Positions 1 through 9,091 of a stretch of DNA of 64,000 bases are shown here, piece by piece; the first letter of the stretch is position 1, and each line of letters starts with the position of its first letter. Both the position numbers and the translations under genes were made by a program. The stretch is from positions 186,001 through 250,000 of the IMG/VR virus record IMGVR_UViG_3300044568_003163; one strand, given 5' to 3'. The notes beneath the pieces were generated by a model. The model did no database searches. It was not told the origin of the DNA and was given only the letters and a program-made list of their open reading frames with translations.

Positions 1-329
1 TCAATTAACCCAAACAACTCAGACCAATTTTTATAATCTGTTAAGTGAGTATATGCAAAGTACATATTACCCATCATTTGCATTAAAGTTATCAAAATGA
101 AAAGTAACCAAACTAGTGATTTGCTTGTTTTATCTAAGATGATAATAGCTGCAAGAGATGCTGCTGCACCAATTTCGAAGGCAATGGCTAATGTAATAGC
201 TAGCCATTCCGGATTCGATAATCTAAAGAAATCTATTACGTGGATAGTAGATATTGCGCTAACCATTAAATATAGGCCAACAAATATGGATATTACCGAC
301 CATTTAATTATGTTATCTCTTTTACTCAT
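1..329 (-). CDS. Multi-pass membrane protein, 3' end truncated by the window edge
   Basis: Hand-translated, not in the ORF track: ATG at 329, MSKRDNIIKWSVISIFVGLYLMVSAIST..., open to position 1 with 3 hydrophobic segments. Confidence 0.75.
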   Translation of the reverse strand, partial: MSKRDNIIKWSVISIFVGLYLMVSAISTIHVIDFFRLSNPEWLAITLAIAFEIGAAASLAAIIILDKTSKSLVWLLFILITLMQMMGNMYFAYTHLTDYKNWSELFGLI

Positions 330-747
330 TTTGTAATTGTTTTTCTATTTCTTCACGAAGAATCGTAGTTGCTAATTCTACTGCATCTATGGAAGTTCCA
401 TTAGTTTTGGCATCTTCATAAATCTGTTCAGAGGTCTTAGGTAGATCAGATTCTTTAACGAATGTCCCGTTTATCATTTGACCTTTTCTCTTAGCAATTA
501 CTGCATAAGATCCATTAATACAATCTTCGATATTATAACCTTTTAGCTTTGCTAAATTAGTAAGTACTACTACACAATCGCCAATAGCATCTTGGAATTC
601 TGCTTCGTCTTTAGTTAATAAAGATTTTGCTAATTCTCCTACTTCTTCCATTAGTTTTGCATATTGAGTTAAAGGATCGCCTTTTTCGTAGATACCTTTA
701 TTTTCTGCCCAATCTCGGATTGATTGAAATTCTGTTGTTAATTGCAT
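322..747 (-). CDS. mazG: MazG-like NTP pyrophosphohydrolase
   Basis: KLMEEVGELA...DAIGDCVVVL all-alpha NTP-PPase motif (EExGE...ExxD-like). Confidence 0.85.
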   Translation of the reverse strand: MQLTTEFQSIRDWAENKGIYEKGDPLTQYAKLMEEVGELAKSLLTKDEAEFQDAIGDCVVVLTNLAKLKGYNIEDCINGSYAVIAKRKGQMINGTFVKESDLPKTSEQIYEDAKTNGTSIDAVELATTILREEIEKQLQNE

Positions 748-748
748 G

Positions 749-919
749 TTATTCTTGGATTTGAGTTTTAGATACCAAATACACCTCGTGTGCTTCGATC
801 ATAGTAATTAATTGTTTTGCCAATCTAGGATTTGGCTTGCCTTTTTTCATGGATTTAATGTATTTTTCAAAGAAATACAATAAATCTGATTCTGTGCTTA
901 AAAGTTCTTCGGCTATCAT
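749..919 (-). CDS. Small hypothetical protein (56 aa)
   Basis: Hand-translated MIAEELLSTESDLLYFFEKYIKSMKKGKPNPRLAKQLITMIEAHEVYLVSKTQIQE; exactly fills the gap between flanking genes. Confidence 0.7.
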   Translation of the reverse strand: MIAEELLSTESDLLYFFEKYIKSMKKGKPNPRLAKQLITMIEAHEVYLVSKTQIQE

Positions 920-922
920 AGT

Positions 923-1261
923 TTATATATTTTCGTTAATATTGAAGTACTTAACTACATAATTAGTTCTAGCAGCTTCTTCATGAGCTTCATTCATTAA
1001 ACGAAGAGAACCTAAATAGATGTTCTTTAATTTAAACCTAACTCGGTTATCGATAACTTTATAGCTTTCAACTTCAAATACTCCAAGTACTTCGTTTGCC
1101 TTTACCGGAAATAAGTACTTAATTGTTGACGCTGCTTCTTCGGTCATAACCCAATCTCCGGCAGCAACTCTCTTTAAATCATATAAAGGATATTTGCCAT
1201 TGATTTTTGTAATTGATAACGTAACGTTTACGAATGCTGAATTGTGTGTTGTTGTTTCCAT
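923..1261 (-). CDS. Hypothetical protein (possible PUA/SRA-like beta fold)
   Basis: ORF directly downstream of an early-type promoter; fold guess is weak. Confidence 0.7.
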   Translation of the reverse strand: METTTHNSAFVNVTLSITKINGKYPLYDLKRVAAGDWVMTEEAASTIKYLFPVKANEVLGVFEVESYKVIDNRVRFKLKNIYLGSLRLMNEAHEEAARTNYVVKYFNINENI

Positions 1262-1284
1262 TTTTTTATATGTTTATTATTATA

Positions 1285-1343
1285 TCATAAAGTAACATAA
1301 AGTTCTACAAAAAGAAAACTCTAGAACTGAAAGTTATTAACAA
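1285..1343 (-). promoter_or_regulatory. Early-type promoter: TACTTTAT box plus upstream TTGTTAATAAC box at 48-bp offset
   Basis: GTTATTAACAA at 1333-1343 (+); degenerate box at 1285-1294 in the same register as the other copies. Confidence 0.5.
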
Positions 1344-1628
1344 TTAGCTATTAATTTGTACAACTCTTTCGGATGATTCTATTTTTGAAAAATCACCAGT
1401 TTGTAAATCTACAATTAGTTCAGTAACTAATTGTTTGATGTCCATATGATCGAAGTTTTGTAAACGATTCCATGAGAGTTCATGTCTGGATTCAATTCCA
1501 TTAACATATAACTTATAAGTCTCAGTCATTTGTCCATCTTCGGTCACGAGTTTAACATCTTGACCAAATTCTTGTTTGATACGCTGAGCCACTAGGTCAA
1601 CGTATCTTTCTTGTGTTTCTTTACTCAT
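1344..1628 (-). CDS. Hypothetical protein
   Basis: ORF abutting neighbours in operon. Confidence 0.75.
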   Translation of the reverse strand: MSKETQERYVDLVAQRIKQEFGQDVKLVTEDGQMTETYKLYVNGIESRHELSWNRLQNFDHMDIKQLVTELIVDLQTGDFSKIESSERVVQINS

Positions 1629-2488
1629 TATTCTGCGCTTACTGCTCTACCTACTTGTTTAGTCCAATCTAAGTCTGTTCTAACTTCAGTATTTTTATCT
1701 ATAGTTGCACATAACATAGTAGTGCTAATATTCATACCATTTGCTAAGAATTGCAAAGCTGCAATATCTTTAGGAAAGCAATGTCCACCAAATCCAAAAT
1801 CTCCATCAGGTCCTGGAACCGACCAATGCGAGTTACCTAATCGATCATCATATCTAGCATATTCAATTACTTTGTCGTAATCAATACCTAAGCCTTGACA
1901 TATTTGATAAATTTCATTTGCATAAGAAACTTTCATTGCTAAGAATGTGTTAGTTACATACTTAATAGTTTCTGCAATTGTAGAAGAAGTTTTAATGATT
2001 GGCACTTTAGGAAATGCCTTTGCGAAAATAGCTTTTACTCTTGTACTTCCTGGCCTTTCACCACCTACAATAATTCGATTTTGATTTTTATAATCTTCGT
2101 TTGCATTTGCCTCAGTTAAGAATTCTGGATTGAAAACGATATCTAAATCTTGATAGATTGAATTTAACATATTAGTAGATCCTGGTGGAATTGTAGATTT
2201 GATAACCACTATGTAGCCTGACTTATTAAGTGCTTTCACACATTCAGCAATTTCATTTAAAGCCGAAGCTAAAATTCCTAAATCACATTCACCTGATTTT
2301 TTCATTGGAGTTGGTACACATAAGAAAGTCATTTCTGTATTTTCTACAACTTCGAAAATACTTCTTACTGTACTGTCTTTTTTAGGGTCTTTGTCGAATG
2401 CAACTATATCATAATAGTTTTTCATTCCTTCTCGAACTGCCGAGCCTACAAAGCCTTGTCCGATGATACCGATTGTTTCTTTACTCAT
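1628..2488 (-). CDS. UDP-glucose/GDP-mannose dehydrogenase family protein (short, 286 aa)
   Basis: GIIGQGFVG NAD-binding motif, FLCVPTP, IKSTIPPG, FNPEFL and catalytic GFGGHCFPKD. Confidence 0.9.
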   Translation of the reverse strand: MSKETIGIIGQGFVGSAVREGMKNYYDIVAFDKDPKKDSTVRSIFEVVENTEMTFLCVPTPMKKSGECDLGILASALNEIAECVKALNKSGYIVVIKSTIPPGSTNMLNSIYQDLDIVFNPEFLTEANANEDYKNQNRIIVGGERPGSTRVKAIFAKAFPKVPIIKTSSTIAETIKYVTNTFLAMKVSYANEIYQICQGLGIDYDKVIEYARYDDRLGNSHWSVPGPDGDFGFGGHCFPKDIAALQFLANGMNISTTMLCATIDKNTEVRTDLDWTKQVGRAVSAE

Positions 2489-2672
2489 AATTTTCTTTAT
2501 TTATAGTTCTACCAAATTTTTCATCTGTCCAAGTTTTCATTTCTTGCATAGATTCATCTCCTTCTTCAAATTCATATATGTCCATCTCATCGCATAATGA
2601 GCAAGCTTCATAAAAATTATCTAATAATTTTTGTAGAGTTTCTTTTTTGATAATTACAAATCCATTTTCCAT
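2481..2672 (-). CDS. Hypothetical acidic protein
   Basis: ORF coupled to neighbours. Confidence 0.65.
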   Translation of the reverse strand: MENGFVIIKKETLQKLLDNFYEACSLCDEMDIYEFEEGDESMQEMKTWTDEKFGRTINKENYE

Positions 2673-2673
2673 T

Positions 2674-3084
2674 TTATTTTTTATTTAGTTCTTCAATTAA
2701 TTTACCTACTTTAGTTCTACTCTTTTCTCCGATAGGAATTGGATTTCCTTCTTCGTCAATATGTACAAATTTTATATGAGTTTTCAGCACTAAAGTTTGC
2801 TTACCAGTGTAAACATTATGTGCTCTCGCTTCAAGATACATTGTAATTGATGTATGTCCTAAAGCACTTGGATGACCATATATTTTTAGCAATTGGCTTT
2901 CTTTAGCCGGCTTTTCGAATACACATTTATCGATTGATACAGTGACCATTCGAGGAGAATCACACATTTGCATGGAATAACCTGCAGCTGCAGCATCAAT
3001 CCATGCAAGTAATTTCCCACCAAATAAATTACCGTGGAATCCAAGGTCAGATTTCTTAATAGGATGTGTGTTTAATAATTCCAT
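2674..3084 (-). CDS. Acyl-CoA thioesterase (hotdog fold, YciA-like)
   Basis: HGNLFGGKLLAWIDAAA and VTVSIDKCVFEKP motifs. Confidence 0.85.
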   Translation of the reverse strand: MELLNTHPIKKSDLGFHGNLFGGKLLAWIDAAAAGYSMQMCDSPRMVTVSIDKCVFEKPAKESQLLKIYGHPSALGHTSITMYLEARAHNVYTGKQTLVLKTHIKFVHIDEEGNPIPIGEKSRTKVGKLIEELNKK

Positions 3085-3737
3085 TACGATTTTACTTCTT
3101 CTCTATCTTCTTCTGTAAAACTTAATACTGCATCTAACTCTACTTTTGAAGCATTAACATTCATTTTAGCTGATCTAAAATTAGTTAATTTGTTTGAGAA
3201 GTTCATGTACATTTTACTGTTTGAAGCATCATTTGCGTTATAAGTCATAGCGTTATTAGCAGAAATACCCATATCACCACCAGCTTTAATTGCATCTTGA
3301 TTTGCTGCTAAGAACAAGAAATTCCATCCTTCTTTCTTTTTAGCTTCAATAGACTTGAAAACTCCATCTCTGTTAAATTCTCTACTTGCATTTTCCATAC
3401 CATCTGTAATGATTACCATTACGACATCATTCTTAGTTTTAACTTCTGCAATGGTTCTACCAATTGCATCGTACAATGCAGTCATTGCTCTAGGAACAAA
3501 AGTTTCACCTAAAATCAAGTCTTTTACATGTTTGATGTCTAGATTAGAATAATCTACTTGATATTGGTTGTCAAATTGTACTAATGTAAGATTTGCTTCA
3601 CCTTCTGCGGCTCTTTGTTCTTTAATAAATGAATTGAATCCATGTACGGTAGATCGACCTATGCTTTCCATAGATCCACTTCTATCTAAAACAACGATAA
3701 TGTCAGTTGCTTTGATTTTTTGTTTTGTTTTTTTCAT
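3084..3737 (-). CDS. von Willebrand factor A domain protein
   Basis: MIDAS motif VVLDRSGSM, MTALYDAIG, VIITDGMENAS. Confidence 0.9.
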   Translation of the reverse strand: MKKTKQKIKATDIIVVLDRSGSMESIGRSTVHGFNSFIKEQRAAEGEANLTLVQFDNQYQVDYSNLDIKHVKDLILGETFVPRAMTALYDAIGRTIAEVKTKNDVVMVIITDGMENASREFNRDGVFKSIEAKKKEGWNFLFLAANQDAIKAGGDMGISANNAMTYNANDASNSKMYMNFSNKLTNFRSAKMNVNASKVELDAVLSFTEEDREEVKS

Positions 3738-5014
3738 TAGTTATTTAGTTTAGCTTCGATTTTTTCATCAGATTCATACCCTATTAAAGAGAATTGTGAT
3801 GGATCGTATTCTGAAATATCGTCTCTTTCGTCGATATAATGATTATTTTTGTCGAATTGATTAATTTTTAATTTTGGCAGTGGATGACCATATCTCGTGA
3901 TTTGTTCAGCCGCAGCTGTTATATGATTATTATACAAATGAGTATCACCTAACATTCCAATCAACTCATCTGGAATCATATTTACTTCTTTTGCAATGAT
4001 TTCTAAAAGAAGTCCATAAGATGCAATATTAAATGGCAAACCTAATAGAGTATCTACTGATCTTTGAGACCACATTAACGAAATAGCTCTTTCTGGAACT
4101 ACTCGAGTCTTAGAAAGTTTCTTTTCGAACTTAGCATAGAATTCCTTTTCTTCAGCTCTTACCTTAGCAGCTTCTTCATATCGCAAAGCCTTAACATAAG
4201 CACTTTTAATTAGTAAGATTCCTCTGAGTTCTTGTTTTTCTTCAGGTGTACCTAATCGGTCAACTAACTCGGATTCACTTAATTTACGAGTATATAATTG
4301 AAATCCAATATGACAAGGAGGTAGCACCGCTTTATCAACATCTGCTACATTCCAAGCATTAAGTAAAAGTCTTCTAGAATCAGGATTTGTTCGTAAGTCT
4401 TTAATCAAATTAGCAATTTGATCGAACGATTCAGGTTTGTAAAATAAACCTTGACGAGCATCTCTATTTTCTTCATCTAAAGCATCAGAATTAAAAAAGA
4501 AATCTTTATCAACACCTTCCCAACTTCTCCATTGCTTACCGTAGATAGGACCTAAATCACCAAACATTGAATTGAAATCGTCGTTTGCAAGAATATCTCT
4601 TTCGAATTCTTCTACTGTTAATTTAACTATCTTAGGAATTGCAACTACTTCTGCAACTTTTTGTGCATTTTCAGTAGTAGGATTTGTGTATTTTTCTTGA
4701 AGAGATTCGACCCATTTCTCATATTTCTTATAAGCGTCACCGGTCCAAATATGACAATTGTTTTCTAATAAATATCTTAAATCAGTTCTACCTTGTAAGA
4801 ACCACATTAGCTCAGTTACCATTGTTTTAAATGCTAACTTTTTAGTAGTTATTGCAGGAAAGCCATCTGTCATATCATGTCTAATCATATAACCAAATAT
4901 GCTTCGAGTTCCTACTCCAGTTCGGTCACCTTTAAAATTACCATGGTGCATGATTGTTTGCAATAAGACCTTGTATTGATGGTCTAATTTGTTTGCTGAG
5001 TTTCCTATTTCCAT
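3737..5014 (-). CDS. thyA: Thymidylate synthase with two insertions
   Basis: DRTGVGT, TTKKL, ELMWFLQG, DLGPIYGKQWR, PPCH, QRSVD..LGLPFNIASY, GDTHLYNNH. Confidence 0.95.
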   Translation of the reverse strand: MEIGNSANKLDHQYKVLLQTIMHHGNFKGDRTGVGTRSIFGYMIRHDMTDGFPAITTKKLAFKTMVTELMWFLQGRTDLRYLLENNCHIWTGDAYKKYEKWVESLQEKYTNPTTENAQKVAEVVAIPKIVKLTVEEFERDILANDDFNSMFGDLGPIYGKQWRSWEGVDKDFFFNSDALDEENRDARQGLFYKPESFDQIANLIKDLRTNPDSRRLLLNAWNVADVDKAVLPPCHIGFQLYTRKLSESELVDRLGTPEEKQELRGILLIKSAYVKALRYEEAAKVRAEEKEFYAKFEKKLSKTRVVPERAISLMWSQRSVDTLLGLPFNIASYGLLLEIIAKEVNMIPDELIGMLGDTHLYNNHITAAAEQITRYGHPLPKLKINQFDKNNHYIDERDDISEYDPSQFSLIGYESDEKIEAKLNN

Positions 5015-5015
5015 T

Positions 5016-5225
5016 TTATATAAATTGCATTTGTACAGTTTTTAATTCAGTTCCTTCAGGAAATACAGAATCTCCTAAATACATTTGTATAGTTTCCATT
5101 TCTGCTGTAGGTGCAAAAACCATTGGTAGGCTTCCATTCATCCAAATAACCTCATCGGTTATTGGTGAAAGGTCAAAATGAACGAAATATTGATGAGTTT
5201 CGTTCCATAGTGTTTTAAATATCAT
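5016..5225 (-). CDS. Hypothetical protein
   Basis: ORF abutting neighbours. Confidence 0.65.
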   Translation of the reverse strand: MIFKTLWNETHQYFVHFDLSPITDEVIWMNGSLPMVFAPTAEMETIQMYLGDSVFPEGTELKTVQMQFI

Positions 5226-6100
5226 TAGCTACAATTTTTATTAACATATTCAGTTAAGTAGTCCATTAAATCATGTTCAGCTCGCCAACCTAAAGCTTTT
5301 TGAGTTGGTTCCCAATCGCATAAAGTAGATTGACCTTCATTCTTTCTTAATGGAGTATGAATCCATTGACCACCTTCCATTGAACAAAGTTTCTTAGCAA
5401 TATCAATGATTTTAATAGGTTTACCTCTACCTAAATCAAAATTTACACCTAGAGTTGTAACGTTAGATGCAGCAATAAGTCCTTTACAAATATCTTCAAC
5501 ATGAGTAAAATCTCGAGATTGTTCACCATCACCAACAACCGTAATGTCTTCACCGTTTTTCCATTGTCTAGAAAATTTAGCAACAACAGTAGCCCATTCA
5601 CCTTCACGAGGTTCTCTGGGACCATAAACATTATAGAAAGTACACATTGACATGTTTAAACCAAAACATTGTGCATAAGTTTTAACAATTCCTTCTCCTG
5701 CTACTTTTGAGTAAGTGTATGGAGTTAAATAAGGAGTTCCGTGATTTTTAGATGATGTAGTTGCATACACTAAAGTGGCATTAGTAATTCTTGCAAGTTC
5801 ACAAACTGCAGCAGTTCCTAGGGTATTAGATTCAAAATAATCAAAAGGCCTTTCAAACGAAGGTTGTATTCGAGCTTCAGCTGCTAAATGGAATATTTTA
5901 TCAAATTTCTTATCTCCGTAATGTTTGATTACATTTTGTACATCACCTAAAATATACTCAGCAAATTGATTTTGATAATATAGGCTTGCAGATTCAGATG
6001 ATAAATTATCAATACCATAGACTTCGTGTCCTTGTGAAACCAACATATCTACTAAATTTGAGCCTACAAAACCTAATGAACCCGTGACTAATATCTTCAT
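5225..6100 (-). CDS. NAD-dependent epimerase/dehydratase (extended SDR)
   Basis: TGSLGFVGS, FHLAA, YTYSK (YxxxK), FYNVYGP, GDGEQSRDFTHVED. Confidence 0.92.
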   Translation of the reverse strand: MKILVTGSLGFVGSNLVDMLVSQGHEVYGIDNLSSESASLYYQNQFAEYILGDVQNVIKHYGDKKFDKIFHLAAEARIQPSFERPFDYFESNTLGTAAVCELARITNATLVYATTSSKNHGTPYLTPYTYSKVAGEGIVKTYAQCFGLNMSMCTFYNVYGPREPREGEWATVVAKFSRQWKNGEDITVVGDGEQSRDFTHVEDICKGLIAASNVTTLGVNFDLGRGKPIKIIDIAKKLCSMEGGQWIHTPLRKNEGQSTLCDWEPTQKALGWRAEHDLMDYLTEYVNKNCS

Positions 6101-6116
6101 ACTTACTTTTTAATAA

Positions 6117-6147
6117 TTATTATATGCAGGTTTTAGAATAAGAATTC
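6117..6147 (-). promoter_or_regulatory. Middle-type promoter RAWAC[CT]-N15-CATATAATAA (exact CATATAATAA copies also at 7281, 18385, 31615, 43788, 49546)
   Basis: TTATTATATG (+) lies just upstream of the start codons of six different genes; class assignment is inferred. Confidence 0.65.
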
Positions 6148-6156
6148 AATACAACA

Positions 6157-6180
6157 AAAGGCTAAATTAATTTAGCCTTT
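6157..6180. terminator. Intrinsic terminator hairpin
   Basis: AAAGGCTAAATT/AATTTAGCCTTT perfect inverted repeat between genes. Confidence 0.75.
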
Positions 6181-6191
6181 GTGAATGTAGA

Positions 6192-6473
6192 TTACTTAGA
6201 AAGTTGTTCAATTTCCTTATCGATTACAGATTGACGAGTAACATCTAGGATTTTTCTATCGGTAGATTGTATCATTCGCTTTTCGGTTTTAAGTCCTTCG
6301 ATTTGTAAATCTTTTTTAGTAACTGATTCGTCAACTCTTTCGGTTAATTTATCAAGTCTTTTGTTGATGCTCTTAACATCACCAGATCCACAAGTGTTAA
6401 AGAAAATTAAAACAAGAAGAATCGTTGCAATTTTGTTAAAATGAAGATCCAAAAAGTTTGTTATTTTATTCAT
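6192..6473 (-). CDS. Putative lipoprotein or membrane coiled-coil protein (possibly spanin-like)
   Basis: Hydrophobic stretch ending FFNTCGSG (lipobox-like), then coiled coil. Confidence 0.55.
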   Translation of the reverse strand: MNKITNFLDLHFNKIATILLVLIFFNTCGSGDVKSINKRLDKLTERVDESVTKKDLQIEGLKTEKRMIQSTDRKILDVTRQSVIDKEIEQLSK

Positions 6474-6709
6474 GACATTTTCTTGTTTTTTGGTTTAATT
6501 GTAGTAGATGGTCTAGGAGTTTGCTGAGATTTCTTAGCATCATAGTAATCATCAGTATAGCATTCACATGGAAGTCTAGAAGAACCACATTTAGGACAGG
6601 ATAGAGGCTCAGCCGGTGAATCCGGCTTTGGAGCTTCTATTTCTTCGATATCTTTATCTGATGGCTTTTTCTTTTCTAATATGAATTGGAAGAATTTCTT
6701 AAATGACAT
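6470..6709 (-). CDS. Small protein with CxxC...CxC zinc-ribbon-like motif
   Basis: SCPKCGSSRLPCEC; late box GATAAATA at 6725-6732 upstream. Confidence 0.65.
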   Translation of the reverse strand: MSFKKFFQFILEKKKPSDKDIEEIEAPKPDSPAEPLSCPKCGSSRLPCECYTDDYYDAKKSQQTPRPSTTIKPKNKKMS

Positions 6710-6727
6710 GGTGTCGTTTTAAGTTAT

Positions 6728-7261
6728 TTATCTTCCTTGTTGAAGTGCTTGTTCTCTTTGTGCAGCTTCTACTAAATTCTCAACAGATATACCTTGCTCA
6801 GCAGCAACTAATTCAAGAGAATGGTCTCTTAAAACTTGTCTATCGTCGTTAATTTCTTTCATTGGAAGTGCAAATTGATCGCAGATTCTTCTGAACATTT
6901 TAGCGTTTTCAACACCTTTACCTGGATAATTTTTCAAGAAGTGGAAAATAGCTTCAATGATTTCTACCTGAGTATTACCATTTAATGCTCCATCGACTAC
7001 AATTCCTTGTAATTTTTCGTAAGTTTCTGAAATTGCATAAGATTCATATCCTTTCCATTCAACTGTTTCGTAAAAATTTTCAAACAAGTATTTTGTTTCT
7101 TCTACAGTTAAAAGAACTGCGTAATTTTTAGTCTCCAGTAATTGACGGATAGCATCAAATTTTTCCTGAGCTTCAGCAACTCTTTTTGGATCGATTAGAC
7201 TAGGTCCTTGTTGGTTTTGACTTGTTGCTTCTTGAACATCGTCAGCTTTAATTACTTTCAT
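6728..7261 (-). CDS. Hypothetical protein
   Basis: ORF preceded by CATATAATAA box at 7281-7290. Confidence 0.8.
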   Translation of the reverse strand: MKVIKADDVQEATSQNQQGPSLIDPKRVAEAQEKFDAIRQLLETKNYAVLLTVEETKYLFENFYETVEWKGYESYAISETYEKLQGIVVDGALNGNTQVEIIEAIFHFLKNYPGKGVENAKMFRRICDQFALPMKEINDDRQVLRDHSLELVAAEQGISVENLVEAAQREQALQQGR

Positions 7262-7310
7262 ATTTTAGTTTTTGTTTTGGTTATTATATGCACTTAGTGT
7301 AAATTAGTTT

Positions 7311-8027
7311 TTATTGAGGTCCTTTATTAAACCATTTTTTTTCAAATACGCTAGTCTGTGCATTTGTTATTTCATATTGTTGCTCAGGTGTTAAAGTCTT
7401 ACCGGTTTTGCCTAAATTGCCATCATGATGATTTACCACAGAATCTGCAACTAAGCAATGAGGAATTTTATTTTTCTGTAATTCCATTGAATAATCATTA
7501 TCACAGAACCAGAAAGTAAATTGTTCATCTAATTCGCCTAAGATATCGTAGATTTTTCGTTGTTGAAAAATACACCATCCTGCTAATTCGCCTCTTACTC
7601 GATAACCTTCAAATACATTTCCAGTATTTGTTACATTATCTCCTTGAGTTTGTGGACACCAAGGAGAAGCAGAAAGAAATCTAGGATGTACATCCATTAC
7701 TTCGATTATTTTAGAAGCCCAATTCTTTTCGTAAGTTAAATCGGAGTTACACAAAACTACATAAGGTGAATTACCTGCTCTTCTGCCGATATTCAAGTAT
7801 CGATGATATCCAAAAGGAACTTCTGGATGGATTGTTGTACATGAATGCATCCATTTGAATTGGTTATATTCATCGTAATTAACATCTTTATTCGATTCAA
7901 TCACATAAGCATGGAATGCAATATCTCCGCTATCAGATTTGAATAAAGAATCTAAACCGTCTTTGGTTACTTGAAGAAGAGCATCGTCTTTTGCCCAACT
8001 AATTATTATTACGTCTACATGTTTCAT
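7311..8027 (-). CDS. Glycosyltransferase family 2 (GT-A fold)
   Basis: VDVIIISW, YLNIG, VLCNSD (DxD-like), FWFCDND. Confidence 0.85.
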   Translation of the reverse strand: MKHVDVIIISWAKDDALLQVTKDGLDSLFKSDSGDIAFHAYVIESNKDVNYDEYNQFKWMHSCTTIHPEVPFGYHRYLNIGRRAGNSPYVVLCNSDLTYEKNWASKIIEVMDVHPRFLSASPWCPQTQGDNVTNTGNVFEGYRVRGELAGWCIFQQRKIYDILGELDEQFTFWFCDNDYSMELQKNKIPHCLVADSVVNHHDGNLGKTGKTLTPEQQYEITNAQTSVFEKKWFNKGPQ

Positions 8028-8037
8028 TATGTTGTAT

Positions 8038-8640
8038 TTATCGAATTAATTCTATTAGTAAAGGTTTACCAATATATGTAGTAAAATGAATGTTTAGTGG
8101 ATGTGTATAATGTTTAAGAGCTTTATAAATACCGTGCATACATGAAGGGTATTCAGGTCTAGGCGGTTTTGATTGTAAATAGTGACATCCTTGAATCATT
8201 GAATCAATATGCTTTTTATTAAGCCATATTGCAAGATCTGAAACAAATTCAACTTCTAGAAAAGGGTCATGTGGCGGGTACATAAAGTTGATTTTATCAA
8301 AGTCAATAACACCAAATTCAGTAACTTTATAAAGAAACTTTGTATCAAATCTAGTGACAAAAATGAAGTCAATATCTTCGGTTTTCATCATTTCCATACA
8401 ATGAATAAATGTGGTTATTTGATCTGTTCCTTGGTAAGGTATAATTTCAAGTTTAGTAGGCGAATATGTTTCTACTAATTCTCCAATATATGGATTATCA
8501 TAAGTACAAATATATGTACTCACTTCGTGATTCTCTTTTAGAGGCTCGATTAGATTTTCTTTTATATTATCGGCACATTGTCTAAAGTCAGCTTTTCCAT
8601 GACCATGTGAAATTCCTCTAAATAATATCGCTATTTTCAT
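8038..8640 (-). CDS. Putative glycosyltransferase-like protein
   Basis: MKIAILFRG N-terminus and FIFVTRFD motif typical of polysaccharide-locus proteins; paralog-like to 9091-9744. Confidence 0.6.
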   Translation of the reverse strand: MKIAILFRGISHGHGKADFRQCADNIKENLIEPLKENHEVSTYICTYDNPYIGELVETYSPTKLEIIPYQGTDQITTFIHCMEMMKTEDIDFIFVTRFDTKFLYKVTEFGVIDFDKINFMYPPHDPFLEVEFVSDLAIWLNKKHIDSMIQGCHYLQSKPPRPEYPSCMHGIYKALKHYTHPLNIHFTTYIGKPLLIELIR

Positions 8641-9091
8641 CTCTATATTTTTTTATATGATCGCTACAGATACCTGAACAAAGAGAAACATCATCGTTAT
8701 TAATTTCTGGCATAACTGCAATTGAATTTTTGATTGGTTGATTGCCTGGATAAACCCAAACATGTTTATGGGAAGTAAGAGTCATCTGATCTTCTTGATG
8801 CCAAAAGAAATTAAATTCATATCCGGACTCAGAAAAAATTTCGACCGCTTCTATATTTTTGCAATGAATCCATAGTCTAGTCAATCGATCGCTAAACCAT
8901 CTAAAATCCACTCTATATTGAGGTTTATCATGTCCTAGAAAAAGCTGCCACCCATATTGTTCAGTTTTGATATACCAAACATCAACCTCAACCTCAAAAC
9001 CTTCATTAATAGCTTTATCGATATAATTTGGTTCATTTTCATAAGACTCAAATTTACCGTTGGTATTTCCTCGGTGTGCAATATACTTCAT
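8618..9091 (-). CDS. GDPD/PLC-like phosphodiesterase fold protein
   Basis: YIAHRGN...EN...AINEGFEVEVDVW, LFLGHD, LWIHCKN. Confidence 0.8.
   Translation of the reverse strand: MKYIAHRGNTNGKFESYENEPNYIDKAINEGFEVEVDVWYIKTEQYGWQLFLGHDKPQYRVDFRWFSDRLTRLWIHCKNIEAVEIFSESGYEFNFFWHQEDQMTLTSHKHVWVYPGNQPIKNSIAVMPEINNDDVSLCSGICSDHIKKYRDENSDII

Noticed and set aside
3737-5014. ThyA as a DNA-modifying hydroxymethylase linked to the GT cluster
   Set aside because: It keeps the dUMP-specifying Asn in GLPFNIASY and the canonical motifs, so it looks like an ordinary thymidylate synthase. DNA glycosylation by the GTs is not excluded but has no support here.
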